Source of the DNA: an uncultured virus (IMG/VR IMGVR_UViG_3300025120_000023)
Taxonomy: Duplodnaviria; Heunggongvirae; Uroviricota; Caudoviricetes
Length of the DNA: 56,820 bases
IMG/VR virus record: IMGVR_UViG_3300025120_000023
Direction: 5' to 3' (one strand)
Position 1 is the first letter of the stretch. Each line of letters opens with the position of its first letter. Under the pieces are notes generated by a model. That model did no database searches. It was not told the origin of the DNA and was given only the letters and a program-made list of their open reading frames with translations. Shown one piece after another: positions 1-10,471 of this stretch. The position numbers were made by a program, and so were the translations under genes.

Positions 1-12
1 GCCCACAATCCT

Positions 13-546
13 TTATTCTCCTTTAGGTTGTTCTTTTTGTTCATTAATTTTATCCTTTAACTCACCGACAACACCTTCTAACTTTTCGATTTCTTTATCT
101 ATCATGTCGCTAATTAGTGCGTTGTCTGGGTTAGCCCATTTTTCAATTTTTCCTTTTTCTGAAACATGTGTGTTCTCAGCTGAGCTTTCTTTAAACTCTT
201 GCAAGCCGGCTTTAACATCTCTCAAATACGATTTAGCATTTTCATACTTTTTCATCGCATTAAATTCTTTTTTTAACCCTTTTGCTCTCAACTTATGTTG
301 TTCATCAACAACACAATTAAAACACTTTCGATCAGTTTTCCAAAATTTGGCATCTAATCGATTGTTCATCTTCTTACCACAACATGGACATGCTAACGGG
401 ACTAAAAAGTCTTTTCTAGCTTTATCCATTCTTGTAACTGTTTTTTTTATGCCGTTTTTGATTGTCCACGTTTTACCGCTTTCCTCCCAAACATCACCCT
501 CATGACGCTCGACATATTTGTTTCTCGTAACCTTAATTTTTTTCAT
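13..546 (-). CDS. Hypothetical phage protein with Zn-finger and C-terminal coiled coil
   Basis: CPCC...CFNC motif pair; N-terminal EGDVWEESGKTWTIKNG; abuts the upstream gene. Confidence 0.7.
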   Translation of the reverse strand: MKKIKVTRNKYVERHEGDVWEESGKTWTIKNGIKKTVTRMDKARKDFLVPLACPCCGKKMNNRLDAKFWKTDRKCFNCVVDEQHKLRAKGLKKEFNAMKKYENAKSYLRDVKAGLQEFKESSAENTHVSEKGKIEKWANPDNALISDMIDKEIEKLEGVVGELKDKINEQKEQPKGE

Positions 547-845
547 TATCGTGCTTTTACATTAAATTTTTCTAACACCGCCTCTACTCTCTTGTCAAAC
601 TTTCTCAAAGCTCTACGTAGTTCTAATTTCATAGCTTCTGCAAGTTTCTTTTCTTCGTCCTTATTAGCTACTGTTCTGTAAAACTCTTTACCACCGACTG
701 ACGACATTGTTACGTCAAATGAGAATTCTGGTTTTCCATCCTCTCCTACTTCAGTGAACTGTGGGTCGTAGTGTAACGTCATATTTGTGTTTGGTGACGT
801 TGCGATTGCTTCTTTCTTTTCGCTTAAAAGTTTTTTTAATTCCAT
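546..845 (-). CDS. Hypothetical protein with leader-like N-terminus (MELKKLLSE)
   Basis: 99-aa ORF coupled to both neighbours by 1-nt stop/start overlaps. Confidence 0.7.
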   Translation of the reverse strand: MELKKLLSEKKEAIATSPNTNMTLHYDPQFTEVGEDGKPEFSFDVTMSSVGGKEFYRTVANKDEEKKLAEAMKLELRRALRKFDKRVEAVLEKFNVKAR

Positions 846-3118
846 TATCTTCCGAATTTTATGTATCCTATAATTTGATTGACTGGTGCAAAGGCTCCAG
901 TTAATTTGTATAATTTTCCTTTGTGTTTAAACACTATACCTTCTGATGGTACTATTGCATCGAATCCTCCAATCTTATCCAAGCGTTTAAGTTGTGCTTT
1001 GAGAAATCTCAAAGGTGCATCATCGTCTTGAAGTTTATCATTGTTTGCTTTTGCCTTTAATTGTTCGATAGAGCTTGCCAACTCTCTTTTCATTTTTGAA
1101 ATAGAATCGTTAGGGTTGATTGCTACTAATCCTTCTAAACTTTTCAATACAAAAACTCCTAATTTTAGAAAGATGTCTTCTACCGGTTCGACAGCTATCT
1201 TTTTTTGATCTCTAACACCACTTCCCTTATCCATAGTAGTAAACCACTCTAAGAATTCTGGATTGTCTATTGATTTTTTTAACTCTCGTAGATTTGGTTG
1301 TTTTTGACCAAAAGCCCATCTGTTAATGATATTCTGCAATACGTCGTCAGGCACTGCGTATTTGTAGGTTTTAGCATTATTTTTTATAAAAGCAGACCAA
1401 AAATTTTGAAAGTATAATCCTAACTTACTTTCCTTAGTTAGCTGGTACTTGCCTCTAACATTACCAAGATCTTTAAGTAGTTCTTGCTTTTGTTTTTCGT
1501 AATCTTTAGTTTGTTTAAGATCCACTAAGTCAGTGGCTCTTATTTCATACGTATCTTGTTTAGAAGCTTCTACTCGATCTAAGGCTTGTTGTATTTTAGT
1601 AGGTGCTTCACTATCACTTCCTATGACGTTTCCATTCTCATCATACTCCTGCACGTTGTGCATTCTTAGTTGAGTTACTCCGTAAGCAGCTACATTTTCA
1701 CTGGAAGGATGTAAGAGTTCCATGTTTATAAACTTGGTACCGTTTCCAAAAAACTCTTCTTTTTCGGTTGGATTAAGTTTGGATATCGCATCCGTCATAT
1801 CTTGCATTGCATCAAGAAATGCATTACGAACATTATCTGGTAAGTGCTGCATTGACTTTTCCATATCATTCTTAGTCATTGCTTTTTCAGCTGCATTCTT
1901 CAGTTGTCCTTTGTTTCTTGCTGAAAGCACTTTGCCGTCTTTATATGTTACCATAAGATTCTGTCCATCTAACTTCTCTTGAGCATACTCCACTTTTCCG
2001 GTTAAAGCTGCATCAATCATATCTTCGATATCATCAAAAGTCATATCCATATCTTCATACGGATGAGCCATGTGTCCAGCTGCTCCTCCCTCTTTTAAAA
2101 GATTGCGACCCTCACTGACAGCCATAAATTCTGCTGGAGTCTCTATATCTAGAAATGCTGAGGGTGTTAGTGTTTTTTTTAGTATTGGCAGACGAGCTAA
2201 GAGTAGGTAGATTACTCCTCCAGGTAACACAGATGCTGCTGTAAATCCAGCTAATTTCAAAACATCTTTCATTTGATCGCCAATCTCTTTTCTTTCGTGA
2301 TTTGGTAACTTTTGACCTTTCTTTACCGCGGAATACAGCTTTATAAATGCGTCTTTAGTTTCTTGCTTTTCAACCTTTAGTTTGTCAATAAAAGCTCCAA
2401 ACTTACTTTTTAATTGTTCAAATTGTTTACGTAAGACAGCAGGAATTTCTATCTCATCCAAAGTAGATTGGGAGAGGTCCTCCTTGATCTTTTTTTTTGA
2501 TAATAGATCGAATATGTCTCTAAGCTGTTGATCAGATTTTATGCTTGGATAATTTGTTTTAAAATTTTCAAAATCCTGAGCTGCTAAGTCAGATCGTAGC
2601 TGCGACGCTGAGGTTGGCTTACCGTTTTGATCATCAGTTCTATTTTTGTAGAATAATGGTTTTGATTTATCAAGTGGCAACTCAACAACACTCACACCAT
2701 CTTTATAATATTTTCCATCATTTTGGTGTTGATCTACAAAGCCACGAATACGATCGTAATCACTACCTTTGCTGCTTGACCCTAAAGCATACGATTCTCC
2801 TGATTGAGCTTTCTCTTCAATATATTTGTATGCAGTGAGTAGTGGACTTGGGTATCTTGATCTCTCTACTCTAATCTTTTTGGTTCCAGCTAGTAGTTTT
2901 TCCCATATTTTTTCGCTATCTTCAAGAGTAATACCATCACGTTCTTTTGGTCCTATTAGAATAACAACTTCTTTTACTTGTGGCATATCTTCATAACCCT
3001 TTGCAAGCATTAAGTGTCCTTCGTGTGGAGGTTTAAATCCACCAGGCAACATTACTGTAATTCCCTCTTCAACTTCGTTGAGAATACTATCAACTAGAAA
3101 TTTTGATAAATCGTTCAT
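845..3118 (-). CDS. Fusion of an HxGH cytidyltransferase-like nucleotidyltransferase, a helical middle domain and a ligase-like (KxDG) nucleotidyltransferase domain (DUF6267-like)
   Basis: N-terminal PGGFKPPHEGH and SASQLR (HxGH/SxSxxR). C-terminal EGGAAGHMAHPYED, QEKLDGQN (motif I), SEGIVFK (motif IV) and YKLTG (motif V). Confidence 0.75.
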   Translation of the reverse strand: MNDLSKFLVDSILNEVEEGITVMLPGGFKPPHEGHLMLAKGYEDMPQVKEVVILIGPKERDGITLEDSEKIWEKLLAGTKKIRVERSRYPSPLLTAYKYIEEKAQSGESYALGSSSKGSDYDRIRGFVDQHQNDGKYYKDGVSVVELPLDKSKPLFYKNRTDDQNGKPTSASQLRSDLAAQDFENFKTNYPSIKSDQQLRDIFDLLSKKKIKEDLSQSTLDEIEIPAVLRKQFEQLKSKFGAFIDKLKVEKQETKDAFIKLYSAVKKGQKLPNHERKEIGDQMKDVLKLAGFTAASVLPGGVIYLLLARLPILKKTLTPSAFLDIETPAEFMAVSEGRNLLKEGGAAGHMAHPYEDMDMTFDDIEDMIDAALTGKVEYAQEKLDGQNLMVTYKDGKVLSARNKGQLKNAAEKAMTKNDMEKSMQHLPDNVRNAFLDAMQDMTDAISKLNPTEKEEFFGNGTKFINMELLHPSSENVAAYGVTQLRMHNVQEYDENGNVIGSDSEAPTKIQQALDRVEASKQDTYEIRATDLVDLKQTKDYEKQKQELLKDLGNVRGKYQLTKESKLGLYFQNFWSAFIKNNAKTYKYAVPDDVLQNIINRWAFGQKQPNLRELKKSIDNPEFLEWFTTMDKGSGVRDQKKIAVEPVEDIFLKLGVFVLKSLEGLVAINPNDSISKMKRELASSIEQLKAKANNDKLQDDDAPLRFLKAQLKRLDKIGGFDAIVPSEGIVFKHKGKLYKLTGAFAPVNQIIGYIKFGR

Positions 3119-3658
3119 TTATAAAGAGTCTTTTGTATAAATAGGCTGCGTTTTCACTTTAGCCTTTAATTGTGCAACTTCTTTTGTGAGCTGATCAACT
3201 CTATCTAGCAGTTTTGTAATCACACTAGATAATGACTTGTGTTTTAAATTTTCATTCTTATATAAGTAAAGGTCTTCTAGGACTGCACTTCCGTTTACAA
3301 TTAACTTACACTGATCATACTCACCCTCTATTGTAGATTGTCCGACATAGAATTTTTCCATAACTCGTCTGGATATTATATCTCTGTTTTCAAGATCTTG
3401 TGTGATTGGATTGTAAGCGAGGTAGTGTGAAATAAAGTATATGTTGTCGGATTGAAGTTTAGCATCTGTGTTAGGTGTGCCTATTCTTACTAGATAGGGA
3501 TTAGTGTTATGCTTTGCTTTTATGTCAGACACACTCTCTCCATTCCAACTTGTATAAATATTCTTTAAGCGAATCTTACCCAAAGTTTCTCCAGTTGCTA
3601 ATCCTTCAATTGGTTTGAAAGGTGTTGTTGTGTTTCTTACTTTATTATTATTTATCAT
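3119..3658 (-). CDS. Hypothetical (probable virion) protein with C-terminal coiled coil
   Basis: 179-aa ORF; ATGA overlap with the upstream gene; ends LLDRVDQLTKEVAQLKAKV. Confidence 0.6.
   Translation of the reverse strand: MINNNKVRNTTTPFKPIEGLATGETLGKIRLKNIYTSWNGESVSDIKAKHNTNPYLVRIGTPNTDAKLQSDNIYFISHYLAYNPITQDLENRDIISRRVMEKFYVGQSTIEGEYDQCKLIVNGSAVLEDLYLYKNENLKHKSLSSVITKLLDRVDQLTKEVAQLKAKVKTQPIYTKDSL
3136..3144 (-). promoter_or_regulatory. Late-type promoter box CTATTTATA
   Basis: Core lies 18 nt upstream of the ATG at 3118, inside the 3' end of the previous gene; matches the 9 other upstream copies. Confidence 0.55.
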
Positions 3659-5121
3659 GATCTGTCTGCTGGAAATGCCACTTCATTTGTAATATTACCT
3701 CCAATCGTTGTCGGTGCTAGTAAGGATGGATCAGTTGCTACACCTACTTGGCAAAATTCAATATCATCAATAATACATCCAAAGTAAGAATCAGAATCTA
3801 AACTACCACTAGCTTCAAACACTATTTGAGCATCTAATCCATACTGCACAACGTTGATATTGAAAGATTCTAATTGGAATCCTGTCGCAGGGTTTATAAA
3901 AGACATTGCTGGATTAACGTTTTTTATTCTCACAATATTATTATCAGGTGGATAAAATCCCGCTGTTCCTGCTACTCGCTCACTTATAAGACCAACATTT
4001 GGTTGAATATTAAAAATGTAAATTAACAATTCACTACCTGCGCCTGTGTCAGGATACATATCTATATTAAGGTTTCTTTTTAGATTGAACTTAACATTAA
4101 AAATTCCTCCATTTGTATTAAAAATACCTCCAGTACTTTGAATTGGATTTGGAAGTGGATACATGTCGCTACAAAACCAATTCACTCCTGAGGACGGATC
4201 AGCAGTAATCGAATCATCTCTCGTTGCTGTTACAGTGGGGAAAAATAATCGTCGTCGTTTTAATTCGTTTGACAGGTTTATTTGAACAGCAGACGTTTGT
4301 AGATGGGATTGTGAAGCATATCCAGCTAAGGATGCACTCACATCTTGTCTTGAAATTCCAATACCTCCTGCAAGATCGTAGAACCTTCCATCAAACGATC
4401 CAGTTGAAGCATCTCCAAATGTTATCATGCCTGGATTAGTTCCGTTTGCTAATGGAACACCTCCTCCTAGAGTTACACCTCCTACTTCAGTGTATTTAGG
4501 AATACCTGCACTAAACGCTGATGGTTGAGCGTAAACGTCCGAGGGTGTTGGTTTGTTAATAGTAGCTGGATATTCTACGGTTCCACCTCCAACACTACTA
4601 GCAAATGTTTTATATATCATATTTGAAGCTGTCATTAAAGGCTCTACAGCTTTCCAGCTTGAAGTTATTGGATATTTTACAAAGCCATAATCACCTCGTA
4701 AGTCACCTCTAAAAAAACTAGCACTGTTATAGGTAAAAGTAAAAATCATAGTATTGTTAAAACTACCACCACCTCTGGCTGTTGAGTCAATACTAAATCC
4801 AGATTGAGTTGGTACAAGACAATTCCATAAATAATCTGCTGCAGGAGATCCCCACGGCAATGCTCCTGCACTACCAGATATAATTGCAGGTTCTCGTGTA
4901 AGAGCTGTGAGAGTGTCAAAGTCGAGCGAGGTGGCAATGGCGTTGTTGTAATAAGCATTTGATATACTTCGATTTTGTCCATCCCAATCTTCGTTTACAT
5001 TTGCCATGTTATTAGGCCATCCTCCAACTATTTTGTTGCTGCCAGTAGGACACCACTTATAATAAAAATCAAATGCATGACTATATGTCACTCTTTTATT
5101 TTTTAAATCTGTAAAACTCAT
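3655..5121 (-). CDS. Putative virion structural/tail protein
   Basis: 488-aa Gly/Ser/Thr-rich beta-type ORF with SGS/TGS/SAS motifs like the other structural genes here. Confidence 0.55.
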   Translation of the reverse strand: MSFTDLKNKRVTYSHAFDFYYKWCPTGSNKIVGGWPNNMANVNEDWDGQNRSISNAYYNNAIATSLDFDTLTALTREPAIISGSAGALPWGSPAADYLWNCLVPTQSGFSIDSTARGGGSFNNTMIFTFTYNSASFFRGDLRGDYGFVKYPITSSWKAVEPLMTASNMIYKTFASSVGGGTVEYPATINKPTPSDVYAQPSAFSAGIPKYTEVGGVTLGGGVPLANGTNPGMITFGDASTGSFDGRFYDLAGGIGISRQDVSASLAGYASQSHLQTSAVQINLSNELKRRRLFFPTVTATRDDSITADPSSGVNWFCSDMYPLPNPIQSTGGIFNTNGGIFNVKFNLKRNLNIDMYPDTGAGSELLIYIFNIQPNVGLISERVAGTAGFYPPDNNIVRIKNVNPAMSFINPATGFQLESFNINVVQYGLDAQIVFEASGSLDSDSYFGCIIDDIEFCQVGVATDPSLLAPTTIGGNITNEVAFPADRS

Positions 5122-5133
5122 ATTTTATATTTA

Positions 5134-7260
5134 TTAAAACGATCCACTCTCTATGGACTTAAAAGATTGGAATATAAAGTGGTTAGTTTGACAAGTGTTT
5201 GATGGTATTTCAGCTTTCACATTAACCGATAGATCATTTAAAAACGTTGTATATTCTGATTGCTCTCCTGTAAAGTTAAAGTACTCTATTTTAAAATCAA
5301 GGGACTGTGATATAGAAAGTATGTCGCCAATCTCTGTATTCATTGGAATTTGAAATTGTACTAAGTTTGGTGAAAATCCATTTATAGCTAAGGGTTTTAT
5401 GCTAATCTCACTGCAATAAGCACTTCCAGTCACATTAACAAAATCTATAGGTTTAACTCTAAAGACTGGTCCTCCTAATCCAGACGAGTCTGTTTTAAAA
5501 TCAAACTCAACTCTACCATAACCTTTCTTAACATCTCTATTGTTTTGCACCCTTCCAACAAACTTTCCAAAACGATTAACTCCTCCTCCGTATCTATCCT
5601 TCTCAAGATTGATATCTTTTAGAAATGCTTTAGGAGATGCGTTTGGAATTGCTGTGTTTGTGTTTAAAGGATCACTATTCATATACACTTCAAGTTCTGT
5701 ATTAGGTTCTAAGGTTAGGTTAAAACCTAATGTATATAATTGTTCTAAATTATAGTTTTGATCAAATTGTGTTGTAAACAAACCAGAGTGTGTAAAATCA
5801 GCTTCTATCTGTACACTCTCGTGCAACGATGAGCTGTTAATTGATGGAATTGTTCCTTGATATATAGCGTTTGGTGTTTCTACAAGATAGGACCAATAAC
5901 TATCTGCAATTTGCTGAGATGTGAAGTGACCTATTAGTCTAAAGTCTGAATCCCTTTTTGCATATGTAGTTTGGTTTGGGAATGCTGCATCTGTCAAGTA
6001 TTCGACAGGCTTAATTATAGAGTCATATATCACCTTAAAATCTCCAGTAGAAGTTCCTTTTCGATAGGATGTTTTAATTCTATAAACATCTCCACCTATA
6101 GGCTTCATATCAGAAAACGTAGTCTCTAAATAATTCATGTTTACAGTTGAGCTAGTTACAAACTCTTGATCAGACGGTAAATACGCAATGCTTGCAGTAA
6201 ATTTGCTTGTTTCACGAATTCGTTGAATTGTTGTTGATCCACCACTTAAAGCATTAGCGTTAAGTACAACCAACTCAATTGGTTTGCTAATTCTCATTTC
6301 TGTGTCAGTCATTATTTCTACAATGTTGGCTGTGAACAGTGTTAATTGATCTGATGTGCTGCCTGATATAGCAAAGTGGGATGGTAGTGTTGGTTTAAAT
6401 TCTGCAGGTGTACTGGCGGCATCAAAAAATTGAAATGTGCCTCCTAGAAAATCTTTTTGTATAGACTTATTTGCAGACTTAACCGTCGTACTAAATCTAG
6501 TTGTCAAATCTCTACGATATCCGTTTTGGATTTCAGAAATTTCTGATCGTAGTGAAGAGTTCACACTATTAACTGTTCGTGGTTTTTGTAGTGGGTTGAG
6601 TAATATTCTTTGAAGATTAACATCTAAAATCTCTTCGCTTGATTGGAAATCTAAGTCGTATCCTTTAAAATTAGGTGTCAGTATTGTAAAATCATCTGCA
6701 CTAGACGTGTATTGTAAAAACTGACTACCACTCAAAGCCGCAGCGTTTGTAAACTCTCTTTCTGGTGTTTGTACTTGTACAATGTCAATTAATGGTGGGT
6801 CGTTAAACACCAACTTAGAAGTGTTTCTTTCCATCGGAACAATATTAACAGCTCTTGACCATCTAACATTGTAATCTCTGTTGACTGTTTTTGGGATTGG
6901 ATTACCTTCCAAATCAACCACAGCTTCACCTACCAAATACACAACTGCTAGACCTTTTGCAGTAATATCGTACACTTCGATAGTTATGTAATAATCGTTA
7001 AAACGATCTACATAATTTGTAACTTCTGCAAACATATTATCACCATTTGCATCAATCACCTCTATATCGATATCACTATCTGCTCGAAGGTTTAGACCGT
7101 TTCCTTTTAATCTCATTATGTAGCGACCACCACCTAAAGTGTCAGAAAACTCTGTGATCTGAAAGTAGTTAGGTGAGTCAGGACTCGTATCTTCTATAAG
7201 ATAATCTCTCGTTGAGTATCCTCTCGGTTGTGGTTTTTTATAAAAAGAAACAAAGCTCAT
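5134..7260 (-). CDS. Putative virion structural (tail/baseplate) protein
   Basis: 708-aa beta-rich ORF directly after a late-type box. Confidence 0.6.
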   Translation of the reverse strand: MSFVSFYKKPQPRGYSTRDYLIEDTSPDSPNYFQITEFSDTLGGGRYIMRLKGNGLNLRADSDIDIEVIDANGDNMFAEVTNYVDRFNDYYITIEVYDITAKGLAVVYLVGEAVVDLEGNPIPKTVNRDYNVRWSRAVNIVPMERNTSKLVFNDPPLIDIVQVQTPEREFTNAAALSGSQFLQYTSSADDFTILTPNFKGYDLDFQSSEEILDVNLQRILLNPLQKPRTVNSVNSSLRSEISEIQNGYRRDLTTRFSTTVKSANKSIQKDFLGGTFQFFDAASTPAEFKPTLPSHFAISGSTSDQLTLFTANIVEIMTDTEMRISKPIELVVLNANALSGGSTTIQRIRETSKFTASIAYLPSDQEFVTSSTVNMNYLETTFSDMKPIGGDVYRIKTSYRKGTSTGDFKVIYDSIIKPVEYLTDAAFPNQTTYAKRDSDFRLIGHFTSQQIADSYWSYLVETPNAIYQGTIPSINSSSLHESVQIEADFTHSGLFTTQFDQNYNLEQLYTLGFNLTLEPNTELEVYMNSDPLNTNTAIPNASPKAFLKDINLEKDRYGGGVNRFGKFVGRVQNNRDVKKGYGRVEFDFKTDSSGLGGPVFRVKPIDFVNVTGSAYCSEISIKPLAINGFSPNLVQFQIPMNTEIGDILSISQSLDFKIEYFNFTGEQSEYTTFLNDLSVNVKAEIPSNTCQTNHFIFQSFKSIESGSF

Positions 7261-7265
7261 ATACT

Positions 7266-7274
7266 AATAAATAG
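7266..7274 (-). promoter_or_regulatory. Late-type promoter box CTATTTATT
   Basis: Intergenic; core 6 nt upstream of the ATG at 7260. Confidence 0.6.
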
Positions 7275-7279
7275 TATTG

Positions 7280-10200
7280 TTAACAGTTTATATACGACAA
7301 TTCGTTTTTTCTGTCTATTGTTATAATATTGTCAACCATATCTCTTACTACATCAATGTGTGAGATAACTAAACTAAACCTGAAAGTGTCCTTCATATTA
7401 GTAAATAGTGTGTGCATTGAGTTTAGATTGGTGCTATCTAAAACACCTAATCCCTCATCAATAGCAATAAAATCAGGCTTCGGTAGGTTTGTGATCTTAA
7501 TTAATGCTATACGCAAAGCTATAGAAGATAAGAATTTTTCCATCCCAGAACTCAACTCTAACGGCCACTTTTCGTCTTCATAACATATGAATCCATTTAT
7601 ATTCTTGCCATCTGTTTCTAATGCAATCTCAAAATCAATTATCTGATTTAGTATAGTGTTGGCGTGTTGCTCTATGAATGGAACAGCCTTTGATATAAGC
7701 TGAAATGGTATGCCATCCTTATACATAGCTTTGCAGTAGATATCATATATTGCTTGATCTTCTACTAACTGAGTCATGTGTTGGATTGTTTTTGTACTCT
7801 CTTCAATTGTCTCCTCAGCTACACACTTTTTACCATAGAAATCACGTACAGACTTGTTAGTTTTCTGTACGACTATAGTTTGTTTATTTTTTTCTATGTT
7901 CAACTTACTTAACTTGTCATTCGTTTTATTGTTACGTTCTATGACTTTTACAGCCTTGTTGTATTGTTTGATTTGCGATTCGGTTTCTGCAATATTGACT
8001 TCGCATGCTGCTATGTCTTTATTAAGACGTTCATACTCAGACTCAGCATCACCTTTATCAGCTCGTGCGCTATTATAGTCAGTTGCAATGTCTCTTATGT
8101 AGTCCGCTTGTGCTTGTATTTCTTTATTGTTTTCGATAAAATCAACGATTCGCATACGCTTTTGTAAAAAGTCAGCTACTGTTGTTTTATCTTCCTCAAG
8201 CTCTAGTTTCGTCTTCATTGCATCTTGTACAAACACATTTGACACGCAGTGCTTGCAGTTCGGATCATACTCATGTTTATTAAGTTTTTCAAGTTTTGAC
8301 AACTTGTTTTTGATTGTAATCTTTAACTCTCCCAACTCCGTATCTAGCTCAATCTTTTCTAGTACCTTTGCTTTGTGGGTAGTGTATAGATCCTGATCAA
8401 AGCTGTTCAATGCACGCTCCTTATCATACTCTAATCCAGTTAATCTCTTCTTAGACTCCTCCCACTTCTTTGTCGATACTTTTTTGTCTTCTTGCAAAGA
8501 TGTCAATTCTTGTTCGTATTCTTCAAGTGATTCTGATACATCAGAAATATCTATACTATCTTCTTCACACGGCTCCAATTGCTCAGATAACACTAACATT
8601 TTATCGATCTGATCATCAAGTATAGCTTTCTCTTTTTTATGCACCGCTATAGCATCGTCATGCTTTATAGTGTATTCATCTAAAGACTTTTCTGCATCAC
8701 CTAGTTTAGTTTCAAAGTCTTGCTTTTGGTACTCTTCTAGTATAATTGATGCATTTCTATTGCTTCTATTGGCAAGGTCATGGAGTTGATCAAATATAGT
8801 AACATCTAAGAAGTTGGCTAGCAGATCCTTTCTTTCGCTCTGAGTCTTGTCAATAAAGTTGGAGTTGTTCTGTTGCAGTGATAATGCAGTTAGGATAAAG
8901 TCATCAAACGTACCTACATAGGATTGTATGATCTTACCAGTGTCACGTCTCATCTCACCATTCAGTGACACCTTGTTTCCATCCTCGTTGATGTACCAAA
9001 AGTCAATCTCCACACGCAATCTACCCTTTAACGCACCACTACGGTACTTGAAGGCTTTTTTGTGAATGAAATAGTCCAATCCTTCGAGCTCAAAGTTGAA
9101 GGTACACTCGAATGATTCTTTCTTGCGATTAAGTACTTGGTCAGCTTTACTAGCTCTGAACGAGTGATCGAAGAGGCAGAAGCATAGAGCGTCTAATATG
9201 GCAGACTTGCCGGCATGGTTAGGTGCAAATATACCACAAGTACCCATCTTAGTGCTGAAGTCAATGGTGTTGTCCTCTCCATAGCTGAACATGTTGCTAA
9301 ACTCGAACTTCTTAGGTTTCCAGATTACACTGCGAGCTACCTCAGGCTGCTGCAACTCACCATTAAGCTTCTTATTGATTTCTAAAACTTTGGCAATCGA
9401 GTCTTCATCTACACCTTCATCGGTTAGGTATTCTGTTAGTAGTTGGTTTTGGTATTGTATGTTACGTACGTCTCCTTGGTCTAGTTGTGTACCTAGATGT
9501 TCATCACCGTTCCGGCCACCTTTGTCGAGTTTGATAACTATTGCATCTCGGTTTTTGTACTTCTTACGTATCGTTGCAAGAACACGCTTCATCTGAGCCG
9601 CATCTGTTTTCATTGTCTTGATGCGTAGTCTTGTGTGCTTTGTGATAGGTAGATTGTCTGGCAATACACCATCAGTAATCTCTAACGTATAATACCCGTA
9701 TTCGTTAGGTAAATCGTGAAACTCACATTTGATATCTTTTCGGTCTCGTACATCAATGATACCATATCCATGTCCTTCATACGCTTCTCCAAAGTTTTGT
9801 TGTACAGTTGAGCCTGGATAGAACATCAACGGATTTGCTGTAGATAATGTTTGACGTTTATGTATATCTCCTAGTGGTGCTACATCAAAACCAGCAAACG
9901 TATCCCAGCTCAATCCATGTTCAATATTCATACCACTATCCACTTTACTATTGGCAACTGTGCCATGATACAAAGCCATTAGTAAATCGTATTGGTCTGG
10001 ATTATCTATCTTATCGTATGTGATATATTTGTCAGTTTCACCTAATAAAGAAAATACACTGAGTCCTATTTTCTGATCTGGTGTGTATATATCATACAAT
10101 CCTGAGTCTCTTAGGTACCAAAGGTTTCGATGTTTCAGTCCTTGAACGATTGGAGTTAATGCATCTAATCTGTGTGGATTATTTAGGTTTGCATCGTGGT

Positions 10201-10471
10201 TTCCTGTGATCACAAATGTGGGTCTTCTATCTGCCAATCTTTTGAATAGGTAGGATACCATGCTGATAAGCTCTGGACTCATCTCTGTTTTAGCATGCAC
10301 AATATCACCTCCAACTGTTACGATGGTGTTAGGAGAACACTTGTCTAATTCCTCAAACATTCTGTCAAACACCTGCTTAAACTCTTTGTGCCGTTTCCAG
10401 TTCCTAATGTGTACATCAGCGATGTGAAAGATGTAATCAACATTGTTGGGTAGTGTAATTCCTTGGCTCAT
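7280..10471 (-). CDS. Fused Mre11/SbcD nuclease and Rad50/SbcC ATPase (T4 gp47-gp46-like recombination nuclease)
   Basis: Phosphoesterase motifs DVH, GDIVH, GNHD and GDIH; Walker A APNHAGKS; coiled coil with CKHC zinc hook; SSGME signature; Walker B IAIDEG; H-loop ISH. Confidence 0.92.
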   Translation of the reverse strand: MSQGITLPNNVDYIFHIADVHIRNWKRHKEFKQVFDRMFEELDKCSPNTIVTVGGDIVHAKTEMSPELISMVSYLFKRLADRRPTFVITGNHDANLNNPHRLDALTPIVQGLKHRNLWYLRDSGLYDIYTPDQKIGLSVFSLLGETDKYITYDKIDNPDQYDLLMALYHGTVANSKVDSGMNIEHGLSWDTFAGFDVAPLGDIHKRQTLSTANPLMFYPGSTVQQNFGEAYEGHGYGIIDVRDRKDIKCEFHDLPNEYGYYTLEITDGVLPDNLPITKHTRLRIKTMKTDAAQMKRVLATIRKKYKNRDAIVIKLDKGGRNGDEHLGTQLDQGDVRNIQYQNQLLTEYLTDEGVDEDSIAKVLEINKKLNGELQQPEVARSVIWKPKKFEFSNMFSYGEDNTIDFSTKMGTCGIFAPNHAGKSAILDALCFCLFDHSFRASKADQVLNRKKESFECTFNFELEGLDYFIHKKAFKYRSGALKGRLRVEIDFWYINEDGNKVSLNGEMRRDTGKIIQSYVGTFDDFILTALSLQQNNSNFIDKTQSERKDLLANFLDVTIFDQLHDLANRSNRNASIILEEYQKQDFETKLGDAEKSLDEYTIKHDDAIAVHKKEKAILDDQIDKMLVLSEQLEPCEEDSIDISDVSESLEEYEQELTSLQEDKKVSTKKWEESKKRLTGLEYDKERALNSFDQDLYTTHKAKVLEKIELDTELGELKITIKNKLSKLEKLNKHEYDPNCKHCVSNVFVQDAMKTKLELEEDKTTVADFLQKRMRIVDFIENNKEIQAQADYIRDIATDYNSARADKGDAESEYERLNKDIAACEVNIAETESQIKQYNKAVKVIERNNKTNDKLSKLNIEKNKQTIVVQKTNKSVRDFYGKKCVAEETIEESTKTIQHMTQLVEDQAIYDIYCKAMYKDGIPFQLISKAVPFIEQHANTILNQIIDFEIALETDGKNINGFICYEDEKWPLELSSGMEKFLSSIALRIALIKITNLPKPDFIAIDEGLGVLDSTNLNSMHTLFTNMKDTFRFSLVISHIDVVRDMVDNIITIDRKNELSYINC

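Noticed and set aside
3553..3560. TATAAATA copy inside gene 3119-3658
   Set aside because: Not upstream of any start codon; treated as background occurrence of an AT-rich motif.
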